The notes under the pieces were generated by a model. The model did not search any database, was not told where the DNA came from, and saw only the letters and a list, made by a program, of their open reading frames with translations. This document shows, one piece after another, positions 51,141-63,000 of a stretch of DNA of 64,000 bases. Both the position numbers and the translations under genes were made by a program. The stretch spans positions 85,445 to 149,444 of the forward strand of contig RDEW01000048.1 in assembly GCA_011109175.1 (NCBI GenBank), read 5' to 3'. Position 1 is the first letter of the stretch. Every line of letters starts with the position of its first letter. This stretch comes from Dicyema japonicum (lineage: Eukaryota; Animalia; Dicyemida).

Positions 51141-51280
51141 TATTAATGACGAATTGCCGTTCAGATTTTGTTTGCAAAATACGACGTTATATTAGCACAT
51201 TAAAACTTTTAATTGCTACAAAGTTAATTTAACGCGCAAATCATAGCAACGTATTTAATAATAAAAACGTCGAATCCAAA

Positions 51281-52323
51281 ATGTTAGAATACTTTAAGCT
51301 AGAATTGACAATTATATGCGTTGACTTTGTGGACAAAAGAGACCGAGGGTCAATCTCCTATGACATTGCACAAATGAATGATAGATTCTACCAACAACTT
51401 ATAATGAACAACCTATTGCATCTGAAACTCAAACTCATTCAGAATGGCTTTTCGAGAGAAGTTGTTGTGGAGGAGATAAAACCAGGTTATATTGAACTAA
51501 CTAATTTCTCAGGGATCACCTTTTACTTATCATTCGGTAATCAGGAATGTGTGGAGGGTATCTTAAAGGACTTTTTGTCGATGAAATTAAAAAATCAATT
51601 CCAAGAGGCTTTGATTACAGCGTTTGAAGTGGAAAATCACATCAAAGTGGAATTCTGTCTTAAAATGGACATTGAGGAACTACGGAACTATTTTGTGGAA
51701 TTTAAAAAATCAAACGAGTTTATTTTTTCAGAAAATAGTAAACTATGTAATAAAAAATAGTGAAATACCGCAAAACGCTATCAGAAATAGTAAAATATCA
51801 GAATATACTGAACAGCAGTATTTCCGTATTTTTAGAGGATTTGGTGTTGTACGATCAAAATGCGATTATGATTCCTTCAATGCTGGAAACCCTCAAAGCG
51901 GGAAATTTATTAGAAAATGTTGTATATAAACTGAAGGAAGGCTCAGGAAAACACAGGAAATTGAAAAAATGTATAAAAATTATGTTGGATTGCATACATC
52001 AGATCACAATGATTTACCAAAATGTAGAGTATTTTATAGCCTCCTTGTCCCAAATCAACCAAAATTACGAGGATACTACTCAGATGAAAGAAAAATACAA
52101 AATTTATAAAATATACGACTACATGAGTTTGCTAGTGAGCAGTAAAGCGCCACTGAAGGATTTAGACTGTAATGACTGGGTAGCCAAAACACTAATAAAG
52201 AACAGAGACACCAGCATGGGTGTCGTGGCATTTGTTCCTAAAATGGTGGAGCTGTTTAAGGAACTGGACGAATTAACTGATCAATATGTAAATCCCTGGA
52301 AGAGTAAAATTAATAAAATGTGA
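51281..52323 (+). CDS. Intronless orphan protein of about 347 aa (two ORFs joined by restoring one A at 51752-51757); possible TRADD-N-like domain in the first half
   Basis: ORFs 51281-51760 and 51760-52323 abut at an A6 run. VEEIKPGYI...ILKDFLSMKLKNQFQEALIT resembles invertebrate TRADD-like N domains (by eye). Confidence 0.6.
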
Positions 52324-52739
52324 TTTATAAATTGAAAATATCAAATAAAAATGCTTAGATTTACTTAACTGAATAAAATTAAGCAATATAAAAATTACTA
52401 AATTCTTAGATGGGACATAATGCTCCAGCCTGCATTTGTACTACCGGATCATCTCTGACGATGGAATACATTTGTTCCCCTAAAACTTGTCCTTTCTTCA
52501 TCAAGGATCGAGAAAATCAACTCAATGAAATCACTCAATCTCGCCATTCTTCTTTAAGAAACGTCCACAAGAAACAATGGTCAAGGTTTCTGGTGAACCA
52601 GAAAACCCATTAGGAAAAATATCGTTCATGTTAAGGAATCTGGGTAAGCTTTTAAATGGCATCCTGATTGATACATTCCCATAAGCGCATCCAAAAACGA
52701 TGAGATCGTTGATAAATTAATTGTTCCAAAGACCAGGGT

Positions 52740-52980
52740 AAAATCAAACTAACTAATTCCTTGATCCTGACGCGTTCCAAATGAACCTTGAACCTTTGCC
52801 CAAAAATGGTAATTCAGAGGTCCTTGTCAGGAGTGCTGAGGTCGATTTAAGAACTCGTCTCCGGGAAACGAAATTGTCTCCAAATGGAATGGATAATTCG
52901 ATCTTTTTTGAATGCTACCCAGGTATAGAGCGTCTACTTAGTAAGGTACATCCAATACGCCAGCAGAGAGAAGGAAGATA
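52740..52980 (-). mobile_element. LINE 3' end, homolog of 9870-10045
   Basis: Shared nucleotide blocks and a terminal AATTAGTTAGTT. Confidence 0.65.
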
Positions 52981-54489
52981 AAATTTAAACCAATTAGCGA
53001 CATAGCACCACATGCCACGCAGCTTGCACGTTTTTCCTAGTGGTCTAAATCAATTAATATGTTATTTTCAAAAAGTAAATTGAAATGCTATAAATAATAC
53101 AATGTGTTTACGTACATCCAGATTACTGCCTTCAAGAGGACACTGGAAAGCTAGTGCGTTGAATATAAACAAGGATTCCATGAAGCATACGAATCCTCAG
53201 AGTTAGTAAACTCTAGCATGCGAATCCTCTGAGTTAGTAAATTCTAAATGAAGACATGAGAGTCAGCTTTGACTCTGCGCGGGAATGAATTGAGCCAAGA
53301 TGGGGAAAATTAAAATTTTTAACTACAATTCTAATCTTTCTACAAGTTATGAATGTAAATGCCTCTCAATGCTTCAAGAATTAAACGCAACGAGGACATA
53401 CATCCAATTGGCTGGATTAGAGAAAACTCTGGAGAGTATGGTGATTGAACGCGAACATGAAATCGTTGTGTTTGACGAAAAGTTAATTTCTGATTTCAAT
53501 CAACCAGGAAAATACGACTGACTCAGATGTGAAGGAAGATGATAAGAATGAAATGGAAATTAAAAAGAGGATGATTTCAATCAATTCAAAAATAGCTGCA
53601 ATAGTGATTATTAGGGAAAGTTATTGCCATAAAATGCCATTTTCTTCAGAAAAGGGTCAGTTTTATTAATAACTAGGGCAGAAATTGTACGCTAGAGTTT
53701 ACTAGCTGAGGTTTGTCATCAGTTTGGTAGTGTGATCTGCCGTATGAGATTATTCTTGTTGACAATTTCGATCTCTTTATGTCTCATTTTGATCAGCAAA
53801 TCCTACAATAACACACTTTACACAACAACACAGTCAAATATGACTAGCTAGATATGTTAAAATGCCGGTCATAGTCGGTGGTCCTAGAAGTCTTCTTAGG
53901 GGTAGATCTTTTGACTGAATGAAATCGCTCACAAAAATAAGAGTAACTAAGAGAAATCCCCCACTCAGGAATTCGTACCTATAATTCGGTTATGGTTAAC
54001 TATTCGAATCTTAAAATTCAAGAGACCACACGATATCTAACTGACTTGTTTGTGGGTAATTCTCCTGGGAACTGAAGTCTCTTGAATTTAAAAGGCATAA
54101 AATCTGAAATTATTTTCATGATGAATACTTTCTCTCCCTTTGCTTCACTTGTTAAATAGTCGAGTTTTTATAACTGATCTGTATCAAAATTCTGATAAAT
54201 GTCATACAACCAACATACTGAACCATTTATAATGCACTAAGTTACTGAACAGTTAGATAAGCTAACTTATTCTTCAATATGTTTGGCCCAGGTATGGCAG
54301 AAATTACCAGACTCATCGGACGCCTTGCAGGATTGAGTAAGGGAGAGCCTAGAATGAATATAAAAAACACAGAATTACGTAAAAGTCATAAATAAGTAAA
54401 AGTCAAGACTTATAAAAAACACAGAATTACTTTATTCGGAAGATTCCAACTTTTTAAAAAAGAAGACCATAAGCAAGTTATAGCTCAAG

Positions 54490-54850
54490 ACCACCTCGAA
54501 TGACTGAAGATGAATGTTTGACAAAACCATTGTGGAATCCGTAAATTAAAAGAATACTGTGACAACTTGTACTTCACAGTAAAAAATATTATTCGTGATG
54601 TATGCAAAGAATGTACGACATGTAAACAAAGTCAATCATTGAAAGCGCAAATGTATAGGTTTCGTACGGTCAATCATAGTTATAACTTTACTGACCATAA
54701 TAATGGTGCCCATACACAGAATATAGAAAGTTCTCATTAAATTATTGCAGAATGTGGTGTAGTTCTAGAAAAACTAAAGGGAATTGGGAACCGCACTACA
54801 TCATCTAAACAGCTATTTCGCCCATAACATGGAATATTTGTAGACAAAAA
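54490..54850 (+). mobile_element. Integrase relic with an H2C2 zinc-binding region (Ginger/gypsy-like)
   Basis: H...NHCGIRKLKEYCDNLYFTVKNIIRDVCKECTTCKQ. Confidence 0.45.
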
Positions 54851-55029
54851 ATTCAATAAAATTAATAAATAAAAAATTAATTAATCGTAATTTAGTATTT
54901 ATTTTTTAACTAAAAAATATCATATATTGATTTTTTTGTAGGAAGATGACAGTCACATTCTATATAAGTACCTTAATAAATTCATATTAATTGATTGATT
55001 TAACTTTAAAATCTGATTTGTTTATTTAA

Positions 55030-55410
55030 TTACCCAGGATCACTTGGATAAAGTTTCAGCTAACAAAGTGATTCCAGATTGGCAAGGAAGTCGTTGAGTG
55101 TGGCGGGGATGGTCGTCCACATCAGCTCGTTCATTGACATGATTTCTGCTCGTACTTTTGGTGCGTTGAGATGTATCTTGAATGTTTCTTGCACGGGTTG
55201 TCTTGGCTTTTGGCTGCCCTTAGGATTTTCCTCTGTTCCTGAGTGATTTGGTCCTCAGTGGAGACAGGCAATCTCCGGTCCCGTCACTCTTTCCGCGGTC
55301 GCTTGGATGGTTGAAAGTTTCAGTTTAAATGTCAGGGAGATGGACATCGTCCAGCAGGGGCAGCCATATAGTAGCGTTGGCCTGATGAACTGTAGGAAGA
55401 TAGTCTTTAA
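55030..55410 (-). mobile_element. LINE C-terminal and 3' end relic
   Basis: KTIFLQFIRPTLLYGCPCW..KLSTIQATAER. Confidence 0.6.
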
Positions 55411-55424
55411 TTTTTTTTATTTTA

Positions 55425-56350
55425 TTTATTTAACTCCAAGACCACCAAGAAAAATTGGTCAAAACTAACTAATTAGGTGATCGCAGCCTCCAACAACATC
55501 CGAACTCTCTTCGTCTGGTCTTCTGATGACCCAACCCCATTTCGGAAGCGCCTTCTTGTCCTCTGCATAGGAATTCAATCGGTGTCCACTTTTTTATAAT
55601 CGACCGAAATTCCTCTGCCTGGGCCACCTTTTCCTTGAATGAGTTTCCCAGTTCCTTGCAAAAACGTAGGAAACCCTGGCCATTCTTTAACGTCGCCTCA
55701 TCAGAAACGAGGCCGCCAATGTAGATGTCAGTGTGGTGCATAATTTTCCGCCTTAAAGAGTTCAAACGATCAATTCTCGAAGAGGGAATGGCAAATCTCA
55801 AGACGGAGCAGACATATTCAAAGGTAGGAATAATGACTTGTTGGTAGACCTTGTTGACGCAAGCAGCAGGGGGGAAGGGGCTCTTCTTTATGATCTCTTT
55901 TAAAATGTTCCATTTCTGAAGACCCTTGGCAAGCACCTCCTCTACGTGACTCGAGAACGTCATCAGAGAGTCGAAAACTACCCCAAGGATCTTCTGGCTC
56001 CGCGTAGAAGAGATAGAAGTATCTCCAAAAAACAGTTCGAGTCCATCCTTAAATTCTCTATCAGTAGTGAAAATTGTGAACTGGGATTTAGATGCTGACA
56101 CAGATAATTAGCAAGTCACATACCCGGTTTAGATGTGACAGAACAATTGCTACAGCCACGGAAGGAGACATCCGAACATCAAGCTATGGTTGGAAAATTT
56201 CTTAACTGGGCGACGCGGAAGGGTCCGGATTGACAAAACCACTTCAAATCAAGACTACCCACAATGGGGTCCCGCAAGGCTCCCCTTTATCTCCTCTCCT
56301 TTTCAACCTATTTCTATTATCGCTGCAAGAGATAAATCTCCTTCTTTAAT
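55425..56350 (-). mobile_element. LINE (same family as 47560-49640) with an inverted 5' segment
   Basis: 55425-56172 is on the minus strand with an A/T tail. About 56169-56350 is the next upstream RT segment in plus orientation. Confidence 0.85.
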
Positions 56351-56593
56351 GATCCCGTTATTCTTTCTAGATATCTGAGATACTAATAAATATGTAAATA
56401 AATATAAATTGAGCAATAAATTAATTAAAAAATAATTTATAAAAATTGGAAATAAATTAGTTATTTCTTATGTCTGAAATTAAATTGATATTCTGATGAA
56501 TATGTAAATTACTGAAAAAATTAAATAAATAAAAAATAATTTAATAAAATTAAGTAATAAATAAATTAAATTAAATGCTTTGGTTGGAGATTA

Positions 56594-58188
56594 ATGAAAA
56601 CTGATCTGGATTATACTTCGTGGGTGAGTTTAAACATTAATTTATAGAAAAATTTTACTAATTTGCTCCTCTTTGACGATAAGGCGTGTGAGGCTTTTCA
56701 ACAGACCACCAAACTGACCAAAGAATTGTCGTCAGTCATAAAATCCTATGCGAATGCACTCAAGTATTAATTAAAGCAATAATATAGGAAAATTAAGGAA
56801 AAGTTTTCTTTAAAGAAAGAGTCATTTTCAAAGTACTATTTTTTGCTTACAAAGAATACCCGTGACTAGCGAAGCTTATCTGACACTTGTTAACCTTGTA
56901 GGGAAGCTGAGCGAAGAAAACGACAAATTATCGTCCCAATTGGGCGAGACTGAGAATCTAATGAAAGTTTCCCTAAACGGACAGAAGGAGTCCCACAAAC
57001 GAGTACTGCTTCACTTATCGTAGATTAACAAACGTTATGAATCTGCAATGAGTGACTGGAATAAGGCTGAGAATCTGGCTAAGACTGTAATTTGTTACTT
57101 ATAGCAGGGAAGCGATAAATACGCCCATGCGGTTGCTGCAGGAAGGAAAGCATACGCCGTGATGAGGGACACTGAGAGCGATAAGACGAATACAGTCATC
57201 GACATTGAACGATCGGAAGAAGCATTTGTTGAGCGTTCTGCCGCTTGTGAAAAGGCCAAGGAAGAGTGTCATTCTCTCATAGACAAATATAACGAGGTCA
57301 CCAACACAACCATAACGGACAGCTTTAACAAGATAATTAAAGTTATAAATGCTCTAAACCCAGGAATTATCTGACCAAATGAGCAATCGGATTACAACAG
57401 AGGGGGCTGTAGTCAAGAATGTCCACAACCTTATGAAGGCTCAGTTGAATCAGTGCCTTTCGCACGTGAAAGGGGGAGATAATGCTTTGGATACCGTGGA
57501 CCCGGATAATACCATTGGACTTCTGCACAAGACGTTCGCCCAGAATCCGTTTACCATGCCAGCTACAATGAAATTTGATGATTTGGGAGCACTTGATTGC
57601 GTCAAACCCAAGGCTAAGAAAAAACCCTTCTTTAAGATTAAAACACAAAGTTCTATGGATTTGGCTACCCGATTGCGAAACGACATGAAGTCCATGTGAT
57701 TTTATTTCTTACTCAAAGTGGTGGAATGCGGGAAATGCTGGAATTATTCGAAGCAAATCCAACAATGGGAGATACCAAGGCCGTGAAAACGAAGATTGAC
57801 CAGACAATGAAGAATTTCTCATTGGGATGAAGCAACTAAAGAAAGGAGACATATCAGTGAGTTAATATATAGTTCGTAGCTGTACAACGAACTGGTGGCA
57901 CAGAGTTCGACGTTTTATGTTGAAGACAATGAGTCATTATTGAGTCAGACTGAGTGGAACGAAGAATTTAGTAATATAGAAGTGAAGTACGGTGTGATAA
58001 TCGAGGATTTTTCGAGTAAGCATTGTCTCTTATGATTAGTGGACGAGGCAGGTACTCTGAGAGTGCGTAAGGATGAGAAGGTGGAAATACTTTACAATGA
58101 TCAATCTGGTTGGGTGTATGTGGCAAGATGTACTGGAGACCAAGATCAGGGACACGTGCCGCTGTCATATATTAAAATGCTGGATTGA
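56594..58188 (+). CDS. FNBP1: FNBP1/CIP4/TOCA-family F-BAR-HR1-SH3 protein, eight micro-introns, one 1-nt deletion
   Basis: F-BAR helices (SYANALRKI..), VDPDNTI..F..PATMKFDDL, HR1 MLELFEANPTMGDTKAVKTKI, SH3 EAGTLRVRKDEKVEIL..DQSGWVYV..QGHVPLSYI. The specific paralog is not resolved. Confidence 0.8.
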
Positions 58189-58959
58189 TAGTTTTATTTA
58201 GATAAGCTTCGTACTTTTATCTTATAAAATGGACGATAATTAAGGTTATTTGTTTACTTTTTTTCATGAGAATTTATTTACATTTGTTCTGTATAGTTAA
58301 GTTCGCTATCAGCAGATTTTAAGAAAGATTAACCACAGAAGAGATAATTTAGGCCAGTCAGTAGAAGACGATGGAGCTTGGATGCAGGAATCCTTTCACG
58401 TGTGAAAGGCAACTAAGGAAGCATCAAATATAAAAGAATTTTTGTGACTTGAATCTTGGCATTGGACGAGATGACGTGTTTGGAGGTTAGACTATAAGTA
58501 CATTTGTGATAAGAACAATAAACTGGGTATGTCTTTATCTTCTCAAAATTGTGACTTTAGTTCATTTCTTAGTGTATGGATGGACGAAATGATGGACTCA
58601 GAAGACATCAGATATATGAAGTTTCGAAAAGAGGAAACGTTGGATACACATGCTCTGGGTTCGAATCTCATCTCCACAGAATTTTGAGGATAGGCAAGTC
58701 AACCGTCAGAAAGACGAGATACTTATTAGTAGACTCTAGCAGAGAGACTTCGACTGACACTAATGTGGAGATGGGGAATAACAGGGAGTTGGTGGCACAC
58801 TTACGTAGTTTAGAAATTAAAAGATTTAAATATAGAAAGTCATAGGTCATTTAAATGCGATATCAGGTAATATTAGATAAATAAAATTAAATTGATAAGA
58901 TCTATGATTTTTTCTAATAATAAAAATAAGTGAGCGACAAACGAGGTGGAGGTCGGGAA

Positions 58960-59165
58960 AATCCAAAAGTATTGATCACTCAGCGATAACTACCATTTCA
59001 CTCCTATGGAGACTTCCGAGGACGTGAGAGAGAATACGGAGTATCGAGACGAAGGCTTGCTTCGAAAAGATGCGAGCTCAACGAAAGACTCTGGTTGTGG
59101 CAGAGGCTCGAAACGGTGGTGATCAGAGAGAACGCCATCTCAATCCTGGCCTCTTAACTAAAAGA
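58960..59165 (+). mobile_element. CRE 3' end relic
   Basis: Encodes ERLWLWQRLETVVIRENAISILAS*. Confidence 0.6.
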
Positions 59166-59659
59166 TTTGTTTTCTTAAAAATAAGTATTATTTTCAAAAG
59201 AAAAAATTATAAACTGCCGTCCTAACTGCAGACTAATCCCTTCTTTTACTGATGGAAATAAGGAAAATCGATCGTTTCCCATAAGTTAGGAAAATTTTAG
59301 ACTAAATGGTGTAAGTCAACTATCAGAAGTCAAGTAATACATTTTCCCGGAAATTTAATTCAAAATAATAAGTATAGAAAGTCATAAGGTTTTCCTCAAC
59401 CACCTAGTAAACTCATTGGTTTCCATTATTTGATAAATAAATTAAAACAAGATAACACGAGTCTGTTAGATCAAAAATTTCAAATCTTAATTTACAAGCA
59501 ATTTTACCTATTTTAGCTTTGTTCTTCTAATAGATGTCTTTTCTTAGCAATTCCTGATATACCTAAAAGAGGCTTAATCCAATTCCTACGGTAGGACGTA
59601 TCTACTCCAAGCATCATGTACATTTACATTCCCCATTATTAAAACCTCTTCACTGGAGA

Positions 59660-59990
59660 AGGAATGAGCAAACAGTCACAACTAATTAATCCAAGGAAAG
59701 AGCCCAAAATATAACTCCTGCTTGTGCCTACTAAATCCATCATCCAATGGTCTATTACAGGCTTCAGTTTCAGAAGGTAGGTCCCCACTCTCTTCCATTC
59801 TCATCACACGCCCTACTGTAGCGGACATCACTTCATCCCTTAGGCAGAAGAGTTTTCATAATGGTAATCTTCACAGTGGATTTGGTTAGAAAGAAGGTAG
59901 GAAGATTCATTTCAACAACTGTGTCGCGTCAGAAGGAATCGTCTATCTGTTTGATGAGACCTTCCCTGATAAAAGGCAGATAGTCCTAAC
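59660..59990 (-). mobile_element. LINE 3' end (family B)
   Basis: Colinear with about 680-985. Confidence 0.5.
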
Positions 59991-60089
59991 GTGAAAAATT
60001 AGTGAATTTTAATTAAAAGTAGAAATTTCCTGCTAATTAAAAATAATAATTATCATAAATATAATTTGAATAAAAGATTATTTATTGAT

Positions 60090-63000
60090 ATGAGCGAACT
60101 ATCAAGTCTTCTTTGGAAGGATGATGATATCATTCTTTTAATCGATGGTAATAACTTGATCTTACCACAGACACGGGATGTCCGAATCCAACTGACTTGC
60201 TTGATAAGACCGTTCTCTATTTGATTGAAAAGTGCTCACCGAATCAACTCTCATTGTCCTGCGCCGCTCTTAACGTGGCTGATCAAAACCGTCCAATAGA
60301 AATGATATTTCCCTCTTAGTACTTATGTCACATTAATTCACAGTCTCAGGAAAGCTCATTTATCCAAAATAGACCCCACCTGCCGTCTTTCTGTTCTAAT
60401 ATCCGATTCTGCTGTATTTTGCCGATTGATTTTTAGGCTTGGAAGCTAGCCACGCATCTGATAGAGATAAGTAAAGCAGTCGTGGCTTTGGAAAGTCATC
60501 TATTAGAAGACCTCGTCCTATTCCATACCATTCACTTAATCCAAGACAGGACGGTAACTCAACCAAACTTGCATCCAATAAGCACTTTCACGTCAAAAGT
60601 GATTCTCATACTTAAATCCGATCTCCGTCGAACTATTTTCTCTAAGGATATGATTCACAGTTTTTCTTACACCACGTGCTCACTTATATTCTAATATTCA
60701 GAATTGATGAGAAAATGAACATAATAGGAGAATCCGTGGACACTATGCGTGAAATAAATCAACTTCGGACCGTATGCCGTGTAGTCTCGTGTGATTAACT
60801 TAAAGACTCTGTATGGATGTACCAATTTGAGATCTGTTCGTTGTATTACCCTAAAGACGGACAACACTTTCAATTCACGCGTAATCATCTCAGCTGACTC
60901 TCGACGAGATGTACAATACGTTAACATTTAGATTGTACACTCTCCCTTGCTGGATAACTGCAGATACAAGACCGTCGTTAGATTTCAATTTTTTGTAAAG
61001 TCTCTTTTAGACGTATTTTTACTGTATTTCTTAGTAGGAGTGGAAGAAGAGCTGTTTTTTAAATAACTTTGTTCATTTTCGAGACTACAGCCCAACAAAA
61101 TACAGTTTGTGTCCATTTTTGGTGTCAAAATCTCTCATTTCGCTCGATGTTTCTCTTTCTGTTATTTTAAGACTGAATTGATGTTTTACCACACTGAATG
61201 TCATCCACCAAATAACGTCACTCACAGCTGTCTCTTCCTCTCAGGCAGTGAGATTGTGTCTCCTCATTGTCGTATATTTACTACTCACTATGAAAATTAT
61301 TTGCTCATTATTGAGCCGTACGGGTTGTTTTTTGCTTAAAAGACAGTCACGTGGAAGTTAACTACAGTGTTATTGGCACTACTACAAGACTATACAAGGG
61401 GGACATTATATGTATTGGGTTCACTCACTATTTCGTCGTTTGTTACGAGGAAGAGCCGTGGATCTCTGTGGAGAATGCCAGGAGAAGTAAACTCGACTAT
61501 TTTATGAAAGGAAGTTATGGCCAAACTGTAGAAAAACTGACTGAAACATACAAAAATCTTAGTATGATAATTTGTGTCTTAAGTAGTTAATAAAGATTCC
61601 ACTGTCTCTGTCGCACAAAACATCAAATTTAATGACCGTAATAAACGTTTGTTTGAGGACAATCTGATACGAATGATGATTGCTATTAGAAGGATCAACG
61701 TGATGTTGGAGACTGATGCCTTCTCAGTAAGTCTTTTGCCTCTCCGATTCCTTTCATGGGATGGATTCCTTCAGTTTTATTTCTCTTGATTGAGTAGTCG
61801 GCATTTCCTCTTAAAATCATCGCAACCTCCCACCAGAAGACACTGGATTATTCCGAATTGCATCAACTGATATCTCTGCAACCGAATGAAGACAGTATTT
61901 GGAGACTCGCTGAGATATGTGGTCAGAAAAAGAGAATATTGGGGACGTCAGTACTTCATGTTGACGTTCTCTTGCAGAGTGGAGCATTCACTGCTGAGGT
62001 TGTTGGGGAGAATTCTGAGGTGTGACTGTGTGTTTTATTTAAGATCGTAGGGGAGTGTCAGTTAAGTATAAAATTTGTAGAAGATGAAATTGATGATTTT
62101 GATTTTTACATTGGTTCTGCTATGATTGTAATTTTTGCATTAAAATTAGATTAAATCCCTCAAATATGTATCAGCAATGAGTGACGTGTATGACTCATAT
62201 TCTGTCGATATATTTGTTCTCGACCAGTTCAAAGGCTGCTGCTTTAATAAATTCAGAAGGACTTTGGAGCAGACCGTTCAATTTGAGATTGATAAAGTTG
62301 TACTTTTTGTTTATTAGAAATACAAATTGCCTGTTAATCGAAACTCAATGGCCCTCTTCGTTCAAGTGAGTGCCGCGAGGAAGGCAATGGAGTATGAAGA
62401 AATGGAGATTGTCATGATAGATCCTGTAAGCAGGTTTGGCTGGATATGAGTTCAGTCTAACGAAATGTCTGAGTTCGTTCCAGGTCGTTGTTGAAATATT
62501 CCAGCAAGACAAAGATTCTAACTTTACGCCTGTTCCAGTTGTAAACAACGGTGAGACTGGCGGGGTTTTCCAACTAGTGCAGGTTGCATGTTATTATTGA
62601 TTGGCAGGGACCGCCAAAGAGACTTAGAGTGCGGGCCCATGAGCTTCCAATTGGAGGAGTTCCCGTTGATAGCGTTAAAGTGATAAGTGTACAAGTCGGA
62701 AGTGTTAGATTGTGTACATTAGGACACAATACATTTAATATGCAGAGAACAAACTCACACGTGGGTCACAACTGTGAGAATGATGGATATATTGATTCTT
62801 CTGAAGATCAGAATACAGACTTTTCACAGAAAATAAATGCAAAGATTGAAGAATGGAGTTCTCTGTTTGGGACTGTCAAAAAATTGACACATTTAAAGAA
62901 ATATTTGACTGAAAACGACTTTTCTGAAGCATTGAGAAAAAAGTACTCTCACATGTTCCACGTGGGCTTCGAAAGAGATCACAAAATGTTTTTCAGTTCA

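Noticed and set aside
58330-58850. Host gene downstream of FNBP1
   Set aside because: Stops occur in all frames; at best a faint RTE-like LINE relic.
60691-60927. Minus-strand ORF as a gene
   Set aside because: It is antisense to exons of the plus-strand KIF13-like gene and has no motif.
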